DNA of 64,000 nucleotides from the IMG/VR virus record IMGVR_UViG_3300045988_183746. One strand, given 5' to 3'. Shown here piece by piece: positions 30,246-40,157 of this stretch (the stretch's first letter is position 1; the number at the start of each line of letters is the position of its first letter). This stretch comes from a virus. The notes beneath the pieces are model-generated. The model did not search any database. It saw only the letters and a list, made by a program, of their open reading frames with translations, and was not told where the DNA came from. The position numbers were made by a program, and so were the translations under genes.

Positions 30246-30761
30246 TTGTGCAATGCAGAGGACGAACAATACTTTACATACCTATTGCATGAATTAGGTA
30301 TCGTGGAACGTTGGAAAAGAGAATCAGACGAAGCAATTAAAGTCCTAGAAGAGCTAACCGGGCAAACATGGGTAAACCCGTATAAGCCCGAAGAAGAACG
30401 CCTTGTTTTGAAGTTCACGGACGAGGAACGCACATTAATCAAAAACAGACTTAAGGAAGGCTATTATACACCCGAAGCCATACAGGCACGCAAGGAACGG
30501 GAAAAGCGTGAGAAGTACGAGAAAAAGCGCAACGAAATAATTGCAGATTGCGAAAAAGCTATGCAGAAAGCGGAAAATAAAAAACTTGTTATGTTAGCCG
30601 TACTTGATGCTGGGATATCACTGGTGTATTATGATTCTAGCAATGAATTTGTGTTTAATTGGAGAAATTCCGAAACAAAAATAACGCAAGAAGAGTTAGA
30701 CAATTTCGTAAAAACGGTTGATAAGACAAAATTGCCTAAAGACATAACCTTTAGATTATAA
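30246..30761 (+). CDS. Hypothetical protein (start uncertain; ORF-track start is TTG)
   Basis: 171-aa ORF with a Lys/Glu-rich central region. Confidence 0.45.
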   Translation: MCNAEDEQYFTYLLHELGIVERWKRESDEAIKVLEELTGQTWVNPYKPEEERLVLKFTDEERTLIKNRLKEGYYTPEAIQARKEREKREKYEKKRNEIIADCEKAMQKAENKKLVMLAVLDAGISLVYYDSSNEFVFNWRNSETKITQEELDNFVKTVDKTKLPKDITFRL

Positions 30762-31070
30762 GAACGTACATAGAACAATGATACAGACCACCTATATAGA
30801 CGGACACACCTATTATATAGTGAGTACCCGTACCGTTACAACGAACAAGAAACACGCTCAAGAACTTGCCTTGATACTAATTCAAAAATGAGCGCATTTA
30901 CGTTTTAGAGAATAATTTTAATACCCAATAGCTCACTCATTATCGGTATTTTACCTATCATTAAACATTTATTACCAAAAAATATTTTCCCGAAGTAGTT
31001 GCTATTTCGGTTTTTATAACTACTATTTCAGAAACAAATAACAATAACAAACAATTAAAAACGTAACATT

Positions 31071-31340
31071 ATGGAATTCCGAGACCTGCAAATCGAATAT
31101 GGCGTTGCCAAAGAGGATTTCCCTGAATGGTACAAAAGATACCGTGTCTTCCTGCATGAACAGGCAGAGCTGAAGCATATCGAAATGATTCTTAAATACG
31201 GAGATGGAACGCCGCCCATGACACACGAAGAGGCATACGACATTCTGTCTTGTACAGGTATATTCCATGATTTCTGCACGGACGAATACGAGCAGGAAGA
31301 GGTGACAGAACAGTTTGTTGCCATGTGCAACGGATACTAA
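31071..31340 (+). CDS. Hypothetical small acidic protein
   Basis: 89-aa ORF. Confidence 0.5.
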   Translation: MEFRDLQIEYGVAKEDFPEWYKRYRVFLHEQAELKHIEMILKYGDGTPPMTHEEAYDILSCTGIFHDFCTDEYEQEEVTEQFVAMCNGY

Positions 31341-31396
31341 GTTCAGAGTGCGGATGCCGGTCAAGCAACAGGCCGGTGTCCGCGCTTGTTGCCGCC

Positions 31397-31464
31397 TCCG
31401 TGATACGCGGGAGATGACCAACATCTTCCTGAATATTCCAGTGTGTGAAGCAACTCCTGCAGGG
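31397..31464 (+). repeat. Conserved ~65-nt element with internal palindrome GGAGATGACCAACATCTTCC and ...GAAGCAACTCCTGCAGGG, copy A
   Basis: About 75% identical to 34768-34834; the two copies flank the IS1182 element plus the 33554 gene. Confidence 0.6.
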
Positions 31465-31569
31465 TCTCAGGGCGGCCTTGATGTTTTGGAGAAGGACGTC
31501 TCCCTATGGGGCAATGTTCAATGCCCTTTCATCCCCAAAACAGTCCGCTCAGATCCCCTGTAGGGGTTG

Positions 31570-33415
31570 GACGGGGGTGTGTCGTAATGCACGATGCACC
31601 CCCTTCTTTTTTCGTTAGCTATAAAAATCAGTTACTCTTCTTTAAGCTGCGATATTTTGACTATTACTTCGGTTTATGTGTTCCCAGCATCTAAATAGAG
31701 CAGCTGTAAGCTCATGAAACAGTTTAATCAGCCAGTTTATACCTTCTTCTTTCATTTTAGCACACATTTTCTTTATATTGAAGGCCATGGCAAAGAAGCA
31801 AAAGTCCATGAAAACCTTATCCTTTCCAAAATGACGGAAACGTTGGTAGTTCATATTGTATTTTATTTGTCCGAACACAGCTTCCGGTTCTATACATCTT
31901 TGTTTTCTATGTTTCAGCCCTTCCTCGGAACAGAGCAACTCTTTGGCTTTCTGCTTGTATCTTCTGAGCCTGTGATTCAGTTCTATCGTTCTGTTTCCTT
32001 TTGCTTTAAAACATCGGCATCTTAGCGGACAGCCTTCACATCTGATAGCTCTGTACCTGGCATTTTCGCTTACATATCCAGATGCAGTTTTCTGATGTCT
32101 GGTCCCTATCCTCTGCATCCTTTGTCCCATGGGGCAGATACAATAGTCATGTTCTTCATTGTAGTAGAAGTTTTCTGCCTTGAACGGATCCGGTTTGAAT
32201 CTCGGCCGCTGCTCCATGTGGAAATAGTTATATTTGACGTAAGCTTCCATGCCGTTCTCTGACATGAAGCGGTAATTCTCCTCGGAACCATAGCCGGAAT
32301 CGGCAACCACCGTATGAGCCATCCGGTCATACCTGTTTGAAAAAGATTGCAGGAAAGGGATCATGGTCAGTGTATCCGTAGGGTTCGGGAAGAGTGCAAA
32401 ATCGGTGATGAACTGGTTCTCGGTGCCGATCTGAAGGTTGTAACCGGGCTTCGTCTGCCCGTTACGCATGGCATCCTCCTTCATTCTCATGAAAGTTGCG
32501 TCCTTGTCCGTCTTGGAATAGGAATTCCTTTCTTGCAGCGTGTCCAGATGACTGTCGTATTCCTGGAGTTTGTCCCTATGTTCTTCCAGCTCCTTCAGCT
32601 GTTTGCGTCTCTTTTTCAGCTCAGTCTTTTCCTCCTTGGTGGAAGGCTCGGGAACCTGTTCCAGCACATGACGTAATTCTCCCGCCATTTCGGTCAGCAT
32701 GGCCGGAGTGAACTCAACCTCCTCATTACTTTCCGAAGACTTTTCTTGGGCGATGACATCGTCTATCTGCCCTAGCAGGACATGTATCTTCTTCATCAGG
32801 CGTTCACGGTTCCGCTCAACCGTTTTTCGCCAAACGAAAGTATACTTGTTGGCTTTGGATTCAATCTTTGTCCCGTCAATGTATTCCACGTTCAGGCTGA
32901 TGAAGCCTTTGGAAGAGAGAAGGAGTACGGTTTGGGTAAACACCTCGTTGATTTCCTTCTTCACCCGATTGCGGAAACGGTTGATGGTAATGAAATCCGG
33001 TTTCTCATATCCGGCAAGCCAGATATAATGAATGTCACGATGAAGGAGTTTCTCTATTTTCCGGCAGGAGTAGATGTTGTTCATGTAGGCATACAGAATG
33101 ACCTTGAGCATCATTTTGGGATGGTAAGGGCTACGACCGCATTCTTTATATAACTTCCTGAAACTTTCAAGATTCAAGCTTTCAACCAGAGCGTCAACCA
33201 TGCGCACCGGATCGTTTTCTGCAATATCCTCATCAATTCTTTGAGGAAATAGCACTGTTTGATTGGGGATGTAAGGACGATAATGTATCTTTGCCATAGT
33301 AAAATTTGTATGCTTAAAGATACAAAATCTTTAGGTAATAACAAAGCCCCAGCTTGTGAAAGTCGGGGCTTTGTGCATAAACAACAAGAAGGTGTGCTTT
33401 TTGACACACCTTCTT
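31570..33415 (-). mobile_element. IS1182-family insertion sequence (ends approximate)
   Basis: A single 551-aa transposase. Both flanks carry GGTGTGTC..GCAC-containing palindromic ends (31573-31600 and the palindrome AAGAAGGTGTG...CACACCTTCTT at 33386-33415). Confidence 0.65.
31642..33297 (-). CDS. IS1182-family DDE transposase
   Basis: MAKIHYRPYIPNQTVLFPQRIDEDIAENDPVRMV... N-terminus and overall architecture typical of IS1182/IS5-superfamily transposases. Confidence 0.88.
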   Translation of the reverse strand: MAKIHYRPYIPNQTVLFPQRIDEDIAENDPVRMVDALVESLNLESFRKLYKECGRSPYHPKMMLKVILYAYMNNIYSCRKIEKLLHRDIHYIWLAGYEKPDFITINRFRNRVKKEINEVFTQTVLLLSSKGFISLNVEYIDGTKIESKANKYTFVWRKTVERNRERLMKKIHVLLGQIDDVIAQEKSSESNEEVEFTPAMLTEMAGELRHVLEQVPEPSTKEEKTELKKRRKQLKELEEHRDKLQEYDSHLDTLQERNSYSKTDKDATFMRMKEDAMRNGQTKPGYNLQIGTENQFITDFALFPNPTDTLTMIPFLQSFSNRYDRMAHTVVADSGYGSEENYRFMSENGMEAYVKYNYFHMEQRPRFKPDPFKAENFYYNEEHDYCICPMGQRMQRIGTRHQKTASGYVSENARYRAIRCEGCPLRCRCFKAKGNRTIELNHRLRRYKQKAKELLCSEEGLKHRKQRCIEPEAVFGQIKYNMNYQRFRHFGKDKVFMDFCFFAMAFNIKKMCAKMKEEGINWLIKLFHELTAALFRCWEHINRSNSQNIAA

Positions 33416-33553
33416 TTGTTGCCCCGATTGATATGGGCGCTTATATGGAAATGTATGATGTGTATCCTCTGGTTTTTAATCCCTGCCTTTTAGTGTGATT
33501 CACACCTCATTTTCAGTAACTTTACGTCAGTAAACAATTAAACACCCAGCCTT

Positions 33554-34645
33554 ATGAATATAGATGAACTAGTAAAAGAGCAAAGAGCCAAAGAAGAAAC
33601 ATATGACAATGAAAGAACAGATGTGAGAAATAGAATTGCTCACTTGGAACAACGATTGAAAGATATGAAGTTTCCCCACTGGAGCGATATGCTGTCCCAG
33701 ATTATGAAAGAGGTGAACAAAATAACAGAACCTAGGGGTATAGTGTTCAAAACTAGTAATTACCGTACTTTGGGTTTAGACCCAGGCATATTGGTATTTC
33801 AAGATTACATGCATAGCAAGAAGCAGATGTATGGGAATCTGAAATTTGAATTTTATGAAGCTTTGTTCTATACTTATGACCGTAGGCGTATTGCCATCCA
33901 TTCTGTAGATGATATTATCAAAATTATAGATGGGTTTGAAAAGAAGCATGAGGAAGAGTTAGACGAAACATTACAAAAATATGGCAGCTGGGAAAAGGCA
34001 AAAGAGGCTGTGTTCAACAAACAGTTATATTATGGTATGGTTCCGGATAGCGAACAGACCGAGGACTATTTTATTGAATGCGTCCGTCGTGGTATTGATC
34101 TATGTTCCTTTCCGGCAGGTATGATGACATACAAAATTTTGGAAGAGATATTGAAGGAAGGCAGTAACAAATTTGGGTTGTACGTTGCAGATAGCGAACA
34201 TGTCCGGAATCTGTTCGACAAGCGTCTGTTCGATCTTGCCTTTGAACATAAAGAGAATATTTCTGATCGCTTTAGCCCTGAGAAGTTAAAGGAGTTCGGA
34301 TTTTATCAACATGAAAATCTGATGAAAAGGATATTGAAATTTCCAGAAACTATATTGGAAATTCCTTTGAATATGATGCGAGAGGATTATTTTATCCAGC
34401 TTTCAAAATGCAAACGCTCTTTAGAATATTTTGAATGGGACAAGATCAAAGGTTGGGGACTGGTATCACAGCCTACCGCACAGCTCCTATGTGATATTAC
34501 TTACCGAGTATTCCCCTACTTGCCCGATAAGAGCAAAACCCACCGTATGTGCAAGGGAGCAGTGAAATTCGATAAGAATTACATGAAACATGTACCCAAG
34601 AAGTTTCTCACTCCGGCAGGTAACCTGAAACGTTCAGGCGAATAA
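33554..34645 (+). CDS. Hypothetical protein
   Basis: 363-aa ORF. Confidence 0.6.
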   Translation: MNIDELVKEQRAKEETYDNERTDVRNRIAHLEQRLKDMKFPHWSDMLSQIMKEVNKITEPRGIVFKTSNYRTLGLDPGILVFQDYMHSKKQMYGNLKFEFYEALFYTYDRRRIAIHSVDDIIKIIDGFEKKHEEELDETLQKYGSWEKAKEAVFNKQLYYGMVPDSEQTEDYFIECVRRGIDLCSFPAGMMTYKILEEILKEGSNKFGLYVADSEHVRNLFDKRLFDLAFEHKENISDRFSPEKLKEFGFYQHENLMKRILKFPETILEIPLNMMREDYFIQLSKCKRSLEYFEWDKIKGWGLVSQPTAQLLCDITYRVFPYLPDKSKTHRMCKGAVKFDKNYMKHVPKKFLTPAGNLKRSGE

Positions 34646-34767
34646 GACTTGACTATACTCCCACTCCACATAGGAAGGCTGCTTTGCGAGCAACTGGTTC
34701 TCCTTATGTGGTGTGGACGGATAACCGCTATTTATTCAGGTTACAGACAGGTTCAGATTTACCTGCA

Positions 34768-34834
34768 TCCGTAATGCGCGGAAGATGACAACATCTTCCT
34801 TATTTTCCTTGCACAGGAAGCAACTCCTGCAGGG
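34768..34834 (+). repeat. Conserved ~65-nt palindrome-containing element, copy B
   Basis: TCCGTAATGCGCGGAAGATGACAACATCTTCCT...GAAGCAACTCCTGCAGGGG. Confidence 0.6.
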
Positions 34835-35035
34835 GAGATGCCCCCATCTCCCTTTATCCATATTCAAACACCCTTATTTTCTGTCACACAATTCCCCCAT
34901 AGAAGGTGATATTTCAAAGTTTTAGGCCAATGCTTCAATAGGAAAGTCAGCTTCTGGGATCCTGAAAAATAATAGCTCTTAATACTTTATTATTCAATAT
35001 TTTATCATTATATTTGCAATAGAAATCAAACATCA

Positions 35036-35290
35036 TTGACTATGACAAAAAAAGAATACAAGATCATTGACAGTATCCAGCGTGCATGTACTGAAGACTG
35101 GGGATTAGAAACTGATGTTCTGTCAACCAAGGAACACTTCGGAACAGAACAGGATATGGAACTGCCCGGACAATGGGTATGGGTGTGCAGATTAAAAGAT
35201 GACACACTCGCTTTCATCGACGAATCGGAAGCAGATGCTACCTTGACAGCAGACAATTCCGTATATTTATTGTTCAAACTTGGAGAATGA
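35036..35290 (+). CDS. Hypothetical small acidic protein
   Basis: 84-aa ORF; overlaps the next gene by 4 nt (ATGA). Confidence 0.5.
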   Translation: MTMTKKEYKIIDSIQRACTEDWGLETDVLSTKEHFGTEQDMELPGQWVWVCRLKDDTLAFIDESEADATLTADNSVYLLFKLGE

Positions 35291-36060
35291 TGGATACGGA
35301 CAAGATTCTCCAGAAGTTGCGGAAGCTCATGAATCTGAAAGAGTCCGCAGCTGCTGTCGGAAACGTCGGCGAGGCAAATGCGGCGGCAGCGGGAATAACC
35401 CGCCTGCTGCTCGAATACAACCTGTCCGAGAAAGACATTCCTGAACAGGACAAGATTGACAACCCTATAGCGGTTGAAGATATTCCGTACCGGACTTCAG
35501 TCGAAAACGGTGTTTGGTATAGGGAATTAGTACAAACGGTGTGTTATTTCAATTTTTGCAAACTGCTGATTTGCCTGAAAATGAACTCTAAAACAGGGAA
35601 ACGCGAAAGGGACAAATTTAAGATTGTCGGTCGGAAGAACAATGTTGAGACAGTCCTGTACCTCATTTCCTTTCTATCGAACAAATTTGTTGTTTTAGGA
35701 AGAAAAGAATACCCTGCTTATCACCGCAAATGTATCCTTGAATTGGGAAAGTCCCCTTTGAGCCAGAAGGCGTTTCTCCGCTCGTTTCTTATCGGATGCA
35801 TAGTCGGAATAAGGGAAAAATTCGAGCGGGATCAGAAGGAGTTTGGAGAAAGTATCACTGCACTTATCGTTTCTAACAACGACATGATTGACGAATTCTT
35901 GAAGAAAGAGATGGGTGATATAAAAAATGCCCGAAAGTCGAAGAAACCTGACATTGACATGATATCTGGCAAGCAGGGCTTTATAGCAGGCTACAATGTC
36001 GAGATCAATAAAGGAATATACAGTAAGGATGGAGAGCATAAGACGCTTACTGACAAATAA
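35287..36060 (+). CDS. Hypothetical protein with DUF2786-like N-terminus
   Basis: KILQKLRKLMNLKESAAAVGNVGEANAAAAGITRLLLEYNL resembles the DUF2786 N-terminal helix pair found in phage/plasmid proteins. Confidence 0.55.
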   Translation: MMDTDKILQKLRKLMNLKESAAAVGNVGEANAAAAGITRLLLEYNLSEKDIPEQDKIDNPIAVEDIPYRTSVENGVWYRELVQTVCYFNFCKLLICLKMNSKTGKRERDKFKIVGRKNNVETVLYLISFLSNKFVVLGRKEYPAYHRKCILELGKSPLSQKAFLRSFLIGCIVGIREKFERDQKEFGESITALIVSNNDMIDEFLKKEMGDIKNARKSKKPDIDMISGKQGFIAGYNVEINKGIYSKDGEHKTLTDK

Positions 36061-36165
36061 GTCTGATGAAATAACACCTATCACACTGAACCCCGACCTG
36101 GATGCAGGAAATTCGCTCCCTGCGGTAAAATATCCCTCCATAAATGCCGCAAGTACAAAGGCAAG

Positions 36166-36423
36166 TTGGAAGAATGCAAGGGATGCACGTTAGTTAAACG
36201 CAAGGCAAAGACCATAACATATGTTCAGATTGGTCAGAAAGTATGTCCACACTGTGGGAGGTCATTGCCTTTACATCGGTTCTATACTCGAATTATCAAA
36301 CATAACGATAAGGAATATCACTGCCTCACATCATGGTGTAAGATGTGCATGAGTGAAGCGGCAAAAATTAGAAACCAAATAAAAATAAGAAATAGCTATG
36401 AAGAAAATAGTTCAATTGGATGA
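36166..36423 (+). CDS. Hypothetical zinc-ribbon protein
   Basis: 85 aa; contains CPHCGRSL...C..WCKMC. Confidence 0.45.
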   Translation: MEECKGCTLVKRKAKTITYVQIGQKVCPHCGRSLPLHRFYTRIIKHNDKEYHCLTSWCKMCMSEAAKIRNQIKIRNSYEENSSIG

Positions 36424-36826
36424 ATACGAATATAACAAGTTGGCGGAACTTGCTAAACTCAATGAAGAACAGATAAACCAGAAAGCTGCCGATTTGTGGG
36501 AGAAAAAAGGAGTCGCAGAGATTGAGATAAATATAGAGACCGGCCATGATACCCGCCATGTTTTTCGCATAGATTGCAGACCGTATATCAAGTATCGGTC
36601 TGAAAGGTTCTTTATTCCCGACAAGTTGAGAGAAAGATTCAGAAAGATAGTCAAGAGTGAGTTGAATAATTCCGTTGAACAGAAGTTCGGCAAGGCTGTA
36701 GATATGATCAATATATGCAACAACAAAATTGATTCCGTGAATAAAACGCGATTTTTATGGATGCTTGTTGCAGCATCCGGATGGGCAGTGGCCGCTGTTA
36801 CACTGCTATGGTATTTTACGAAGTAA
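36398..36826 (+). CDS. Hypothetical protein with C-terminal transmembrane helix
   Basis: 142 aa ending in FLWMLVAASGWAVAAVTLLWYF. Confidence 0.5.
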   Translation: MKKIVQLDEYEYNKLAELAKLNEEQINQKAADLWEKKGVAEIEINIETGHDTRHVFRIDCRPYIKYRSERFFIPDKLRERFRKIVKSELNNSVEQKFGKAVDMINICNNKIDSVNKTRFLWMLVAASGWAVAAVTLLWYFTK

Positions 36827-37032
36827 GGCAACCTACAAATTATGGATACTAATCTTACCATTGAGCAAATCCACCTTGCCCTCCGGAACAGTGGGTCCCG
36901 CTTAATTGGAGAAGTATCATCTGACCCCGAATCTTTATTTCCCTTTTGGGGTTGTATAACTATCTGGCTTATAATTAGTATCTTTACATTGTTTCAAAGA
37001 GGAAACTTAATCAGGAACCTACTAAAAAACTT

Positions 37033-37641
37033 ATGGACATAAAGACAATAGAACGTGAAGCTGTATCTTCAGCAGTGATTGATTTCGGAATCTTTAATTC
37101 CGAGAAGAACGATTATTATATCAAAGGATTCCTAACCGGTGCCCTCTGGCGCATCAACTCAGTTTGGCATGAACCGTTCGAACATCCGGCAGACGGCCAG
37201 TATTTGACTATCCTAAGACAGGGAGATCAGATACTTTCGGAAATCGCTCCTTGGAAAGACGGTAAATATCATGGCAAGGTACACTCACAGATCTCCAGCA
37301 AAGGATACGAGGTGATTAAATATGCAGACGTATGCGATCTGATTCCGGAAATGAAGGGTATCGATTTGAATATGTCTGACAGATCCGCAGAGTCTGATTC
37401 GAATGGCAAAGAGAAAATGGTAGAGAAAAAGATTCATAGAATCCTGATATGTCAGATAAATGAAGAGGTGAATCTGAACGAAACGCTGCTTAACCAAGGA
37501 TTCGACAGTCTGGATGTCGTGGAAATCTGTATGAAAATAGAGAATGAATTTGATACCTCTTTCGACTTCAACTGGGTCAACGACGAAACGACAGGTTCGG
37601 AGATTATCAATTATGTGAATCAAACATTAGCCAACAAATAA
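37033..37641 (+). CDS. Hypothetical protein with C-terminal acyl-carrier-protein-like (phosphopantetheine-binding) domain
   Basis: NETLLNQGFDSLDVVEICMKIENEFDTSFDF matches the ACP helix II motif (G-x-DSLD-x-VEL) around the conserved Ser. Confidence 0.55.
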   Translation: MDIKTIEREAVSSAVIDFGIFNSEKNDYYIKGFLTGALWRINSVWHEPFEHPADGQYLTILRQGDQILSEIAPWKDGKYHGKVHSQISSKGYEVIKYADVCDLIPEMKGIDLNMSDRSAESDSNGKEKMVEKKIHRILICQINEEVNLNETLLNQGFDSLDVVEICMKIENEFDTSFDFNWVNDETTGSEIINYVNQTLANK

Positions 37642-37864
37642 ATGGAATATGGAAAGATTTGAAATAGATAAAGAATCAGCAAAATATGCTGAACATAAAA
37701 CCACTTTCAGAAAAGAGGTATTGAAGGAGGTCAACAATGATGACTACGAGCGCCGGCGTTCTGATTGTAGAGAGGATTTCAAAGCTGGTGCTGAATGGGC
37801 AATTAAATCCTTGCGTAAAAGTCTTTAAAAGAAAAAGAGATTTAGAAACTAATAAAGGGGAAAG

Positions 37865-38278
37865 ATGGATATGGAAAAGCTGAAAGTTTATTACGGGTGG
37901 TCTAAGATAAATGCAGTACGCAAGAAACGCTCACTTTCTGTCATGTTTGAAAATGACCTCTCATGTCGCAGGGAGAGAGGACAGCGCGTGCTGTCTGCAA
38001 CTCAGGATACGGTGTTTGTGAGATATCAGGATGAAGAAGAAATGACGGACGCCAAAGCCCAGAACCGCATTTTCACCGGATACGACTTGTTTCTGGATGA
38101 GAAACCGTTTAACGGCAGTCTGGAGCTTTTATTGGAGTCAAACAGCGAAGCGGATAAGAACCACGTATCCAAGAACATGCGCGAGCGTATCACCGAAGCT
38201 CTTCGGAAAGCGTTCATGCTAGCCAATCCTGACTATAGAGAACCTGGCGGCCAGTTAAGCCTGAAATTCGGTGAATGA
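37865..38278 (+). CDS. Hypothetical protein
   Basis: 137-aa ORF. Confidence 0.55.
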   Translation: MDMEKLKVYYGWSKINAVRKKRSLSVMFENDLSCRRERGQRVLSATQDTVFVRYQDEEEMTDAKAQNRIFTGYDLFLDEKPFNGSLELLLESNSEADKNHVSKNMRERITEALRKAFMLANPDYREPGGQLSLKFGE

Positions 38279-38651
38279 CAATTTTGTTGTTCACTTGTGG
38301 GCACCCTGCCCGGAAGCCAACACCGGCTTCCTATGTAGTTTAATATATAATCCTATAAGAATTAAAATTGATAGAAATGGGGAAATTAGCTTACCGCTGC
38401 AAACGGCCACACAACAAACCATTATGGCTTTTGCGCATTCAGTGTGACATATCTGTGGATTTTATCAATGAAGAGTATTCGGAAGAAGTTCTGCCGGAAC
38501 TTAAACAGTATATTGATAAAAAGATTCTGGATTTGGTTTAAGCAGGAGGAATCAAACGGAGTTTTGTCACTACTATGCTGAAAAAGGAGGGACAGAAAAC
38601 CGTGTTGTGGATTGTCCGTAATGATATTCCACTCCAGCAATATTATATAGA

Positions 38652-39334
38652 GGGAGTAACTCCCTAAAAATGGTGTCCGCTTCAATGGTAAAGTAGGGTT
38701 GTAAGTTAAAATCAAACCTCTTTACTCATTATGTAAGTGTCTGAAAAAGAATTAGTATCTTTACATCAGTAAAGAAAATCAAAGACAATATGGAAGAATT
38801 TAATATTCACGAAGTAGCAGAGGAAAACAATCTGGATGTGATTAGTACCACAACCGGGAAAAATGGATATCCACAGTCGGTTAGATATGCAATCACCGGT
38901 TTCCCTAATTTTTCAGAGGCAGAGAAATTGGCCGAGAAATACGGATTGCGTATCACTACTTTCTGGAAAAAAGCAGGTTGGCAACTCTATGTCAGAGACC
39001 GCAATACGACATTCGAGCCGATGGGCATTTCAGCCGAAAATTATGGCGATGATTACATGGCATTCGATTCAAGCAGTGCGGAATCGTTTTATGAAGACGA
39101 AGTGAAACCATTGCTGGATGACATCAATAGCCTTGAAGACTTGGAGAAATTTGTGTCTGGCCGCAAAGAATTGCTTGACGAGATCAAGAGTATCGACGAA
39201 ACCCAATTGGTAATAGCCTGCCATGGCCATTATTATGAGACGATAGATAAGGAAACAATGGAATGGTCGTTCGATTCGAATACTTATGTTATCGGAGTTA
39301 TCAAAGACTAATAATTAAGCGTATGAAAACATAT
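38652..39334 (+). repeat. 683-bp direct repeat, copy 1 (promoter plus acidic-protein gene plus first 12 nt of next gene)
   Basis: About 98-99% identical to 54704-55386. Confidence 0.9.
38790..39311 (+). CDS. Acidic hypothetical protein, possible ArdA-like anti-restriction DNA mimic (speculative)
   Basis: 173 aa with a net strongly acidic D/E-rich central region (GDDYMAFDSSSAESFYEDEVKPLLDDINSLEDLEKF); a duplicate lies at 54842. Confidence 0.65.
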   Translation: MEEFNIHEVAEENNLDVISTTTGKNGYPQSVRYAITGFPNFSEAEKLAEKYGLRITTFWKKAGWQLYVRDRNTTFEPMGISAENYGDDYMAFDSSSAESFYEDEVKPLLDDINSLEDLEKFVSGRKELLDEIKSIDETQLVIACHGHYYETIDKETMEWSFDSNTYVIGVIKD

Positions 39335-39625
39335 AGTGTATATTTTACAGAGCCTGTCACCCGCCACTACAAAGGGGACAAGTTCAACCAAAAGACCAAA
39401 CAGTGGGAACATGACGTAGATTGCGAAGAAACCAAAGACACCTTCACTTTCTACTCTCTCCCTCCGGCCAAGAAGCTTATTAAGGCAAACATGGACAAAT
39501 ACAAGGGTTCAAGTATCACAAAAACATGGGCCAACGGTGATTGGGAAAACCTTGGTGAAATCAAGCTTACCGGGAACAACAAGACCTTCGTGGCAAATTC
39601 CCGCCAGAAGAAAGCCGGATATTGA
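39323..39625 (+). CDS. Hypothetical protein
   Basis: ATG at 39323 (MKTYSVYF...); the ORF-track entry 39263..39625 starts inside the upstream gene's end. Confidence 0.5.
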   Translation: MKTYSVYFTEPVTRHYKGDKFNQKTKQWEHDVDCEETKDTFTFYSLPPAKKLIKANMDKYKGSSITKTWANGDWENLGEIKLTGNNKTFVANSRQKKAGY

Positions 39626-39936
39626 TTACCAAAACATTAAAGACGAAGATTATGAAATTAAACAATAGTGACTGTTACGATTCAATCATGGTGACCCTGG
39701 CTCCGGACAAGTATCCTACTGCATTCGCCAATAAGGTGGACGAACTGATAGAACAGAATCAGTTCAAGACTAGGGAAGAAGCCGAAGCGTATGTTTCCGG
39801 CACTCCCATTGAGTTGGAACTGTATTACGAGAAAGGGACCGGATTGTTTGCAGTGGAAGCGGAAGCCGTCGAATCCGGAACAATCTACTCCCCTTATACC
39901 AAGGAACTGCTGGAAGATGCAGATTGCGATTGTTAA
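39622..39936 (+). CDS. Hypothetical protein
   Basis: 104 aa; 4-nt overlap with the previous gene. Confidence 0.5.
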   Translation: MITKTLKTKIMKLNNSDCYDSIMVTLAPDKYPTAFANKVDELIEQNQFKTREEAEAYVSGTPIELELYYEKGTGLFAVEAEAVESGTIYSPYTKELLEDADCDC

Positions 39937-39969
39937 ATCACTCACTTTAACCATTAAAAAACAAGACCT

Positions 39970-40146
39970 ATGAAACGTATTACTTCAAACGATATTATCC
40001 CGGGATTCCAGTTTATGCATGCGGGTATCCCTGCAACCGTGAAACATGTATCGGACGGCTTTGCCCGTTTCATCTCTGACGATGGATCAGAAGCCGGTTC
40101 CATCGCCGTAATCGCATTGGTCAATATGGCCAACCGTACTATCTAA
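39970..40146 (+). CDS. Hypothetical small protein (58 aa, below the ORF-track cutoff)
   Basis: ATG at 39970 through TAA at 40144-40146, in the gap before the helicase gene. Confidence 0.3.
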   Translation: MKRITSNDIIPGFQFMHAGIPATVKHVSDGFARFISDDGSEAGSIAVIALVNMANRTI

Positions 40147-40157
40147 AAACTGAAATT

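Noticed and set aside
31315-31563. 82-aa ORF overlapping the conserved 65-nt element
   Set aside because: Low-complexity translation and not conserved in the second copy of the element; the nucleotide-level palindrome is the conserved feature.
35996-36193. 65-aa ORF overlapping the ends of two better-supported genes
   Set aside because: Out-of-frame overlap with the 35287..36060 C-terminus and the 36166 start; no independent support.
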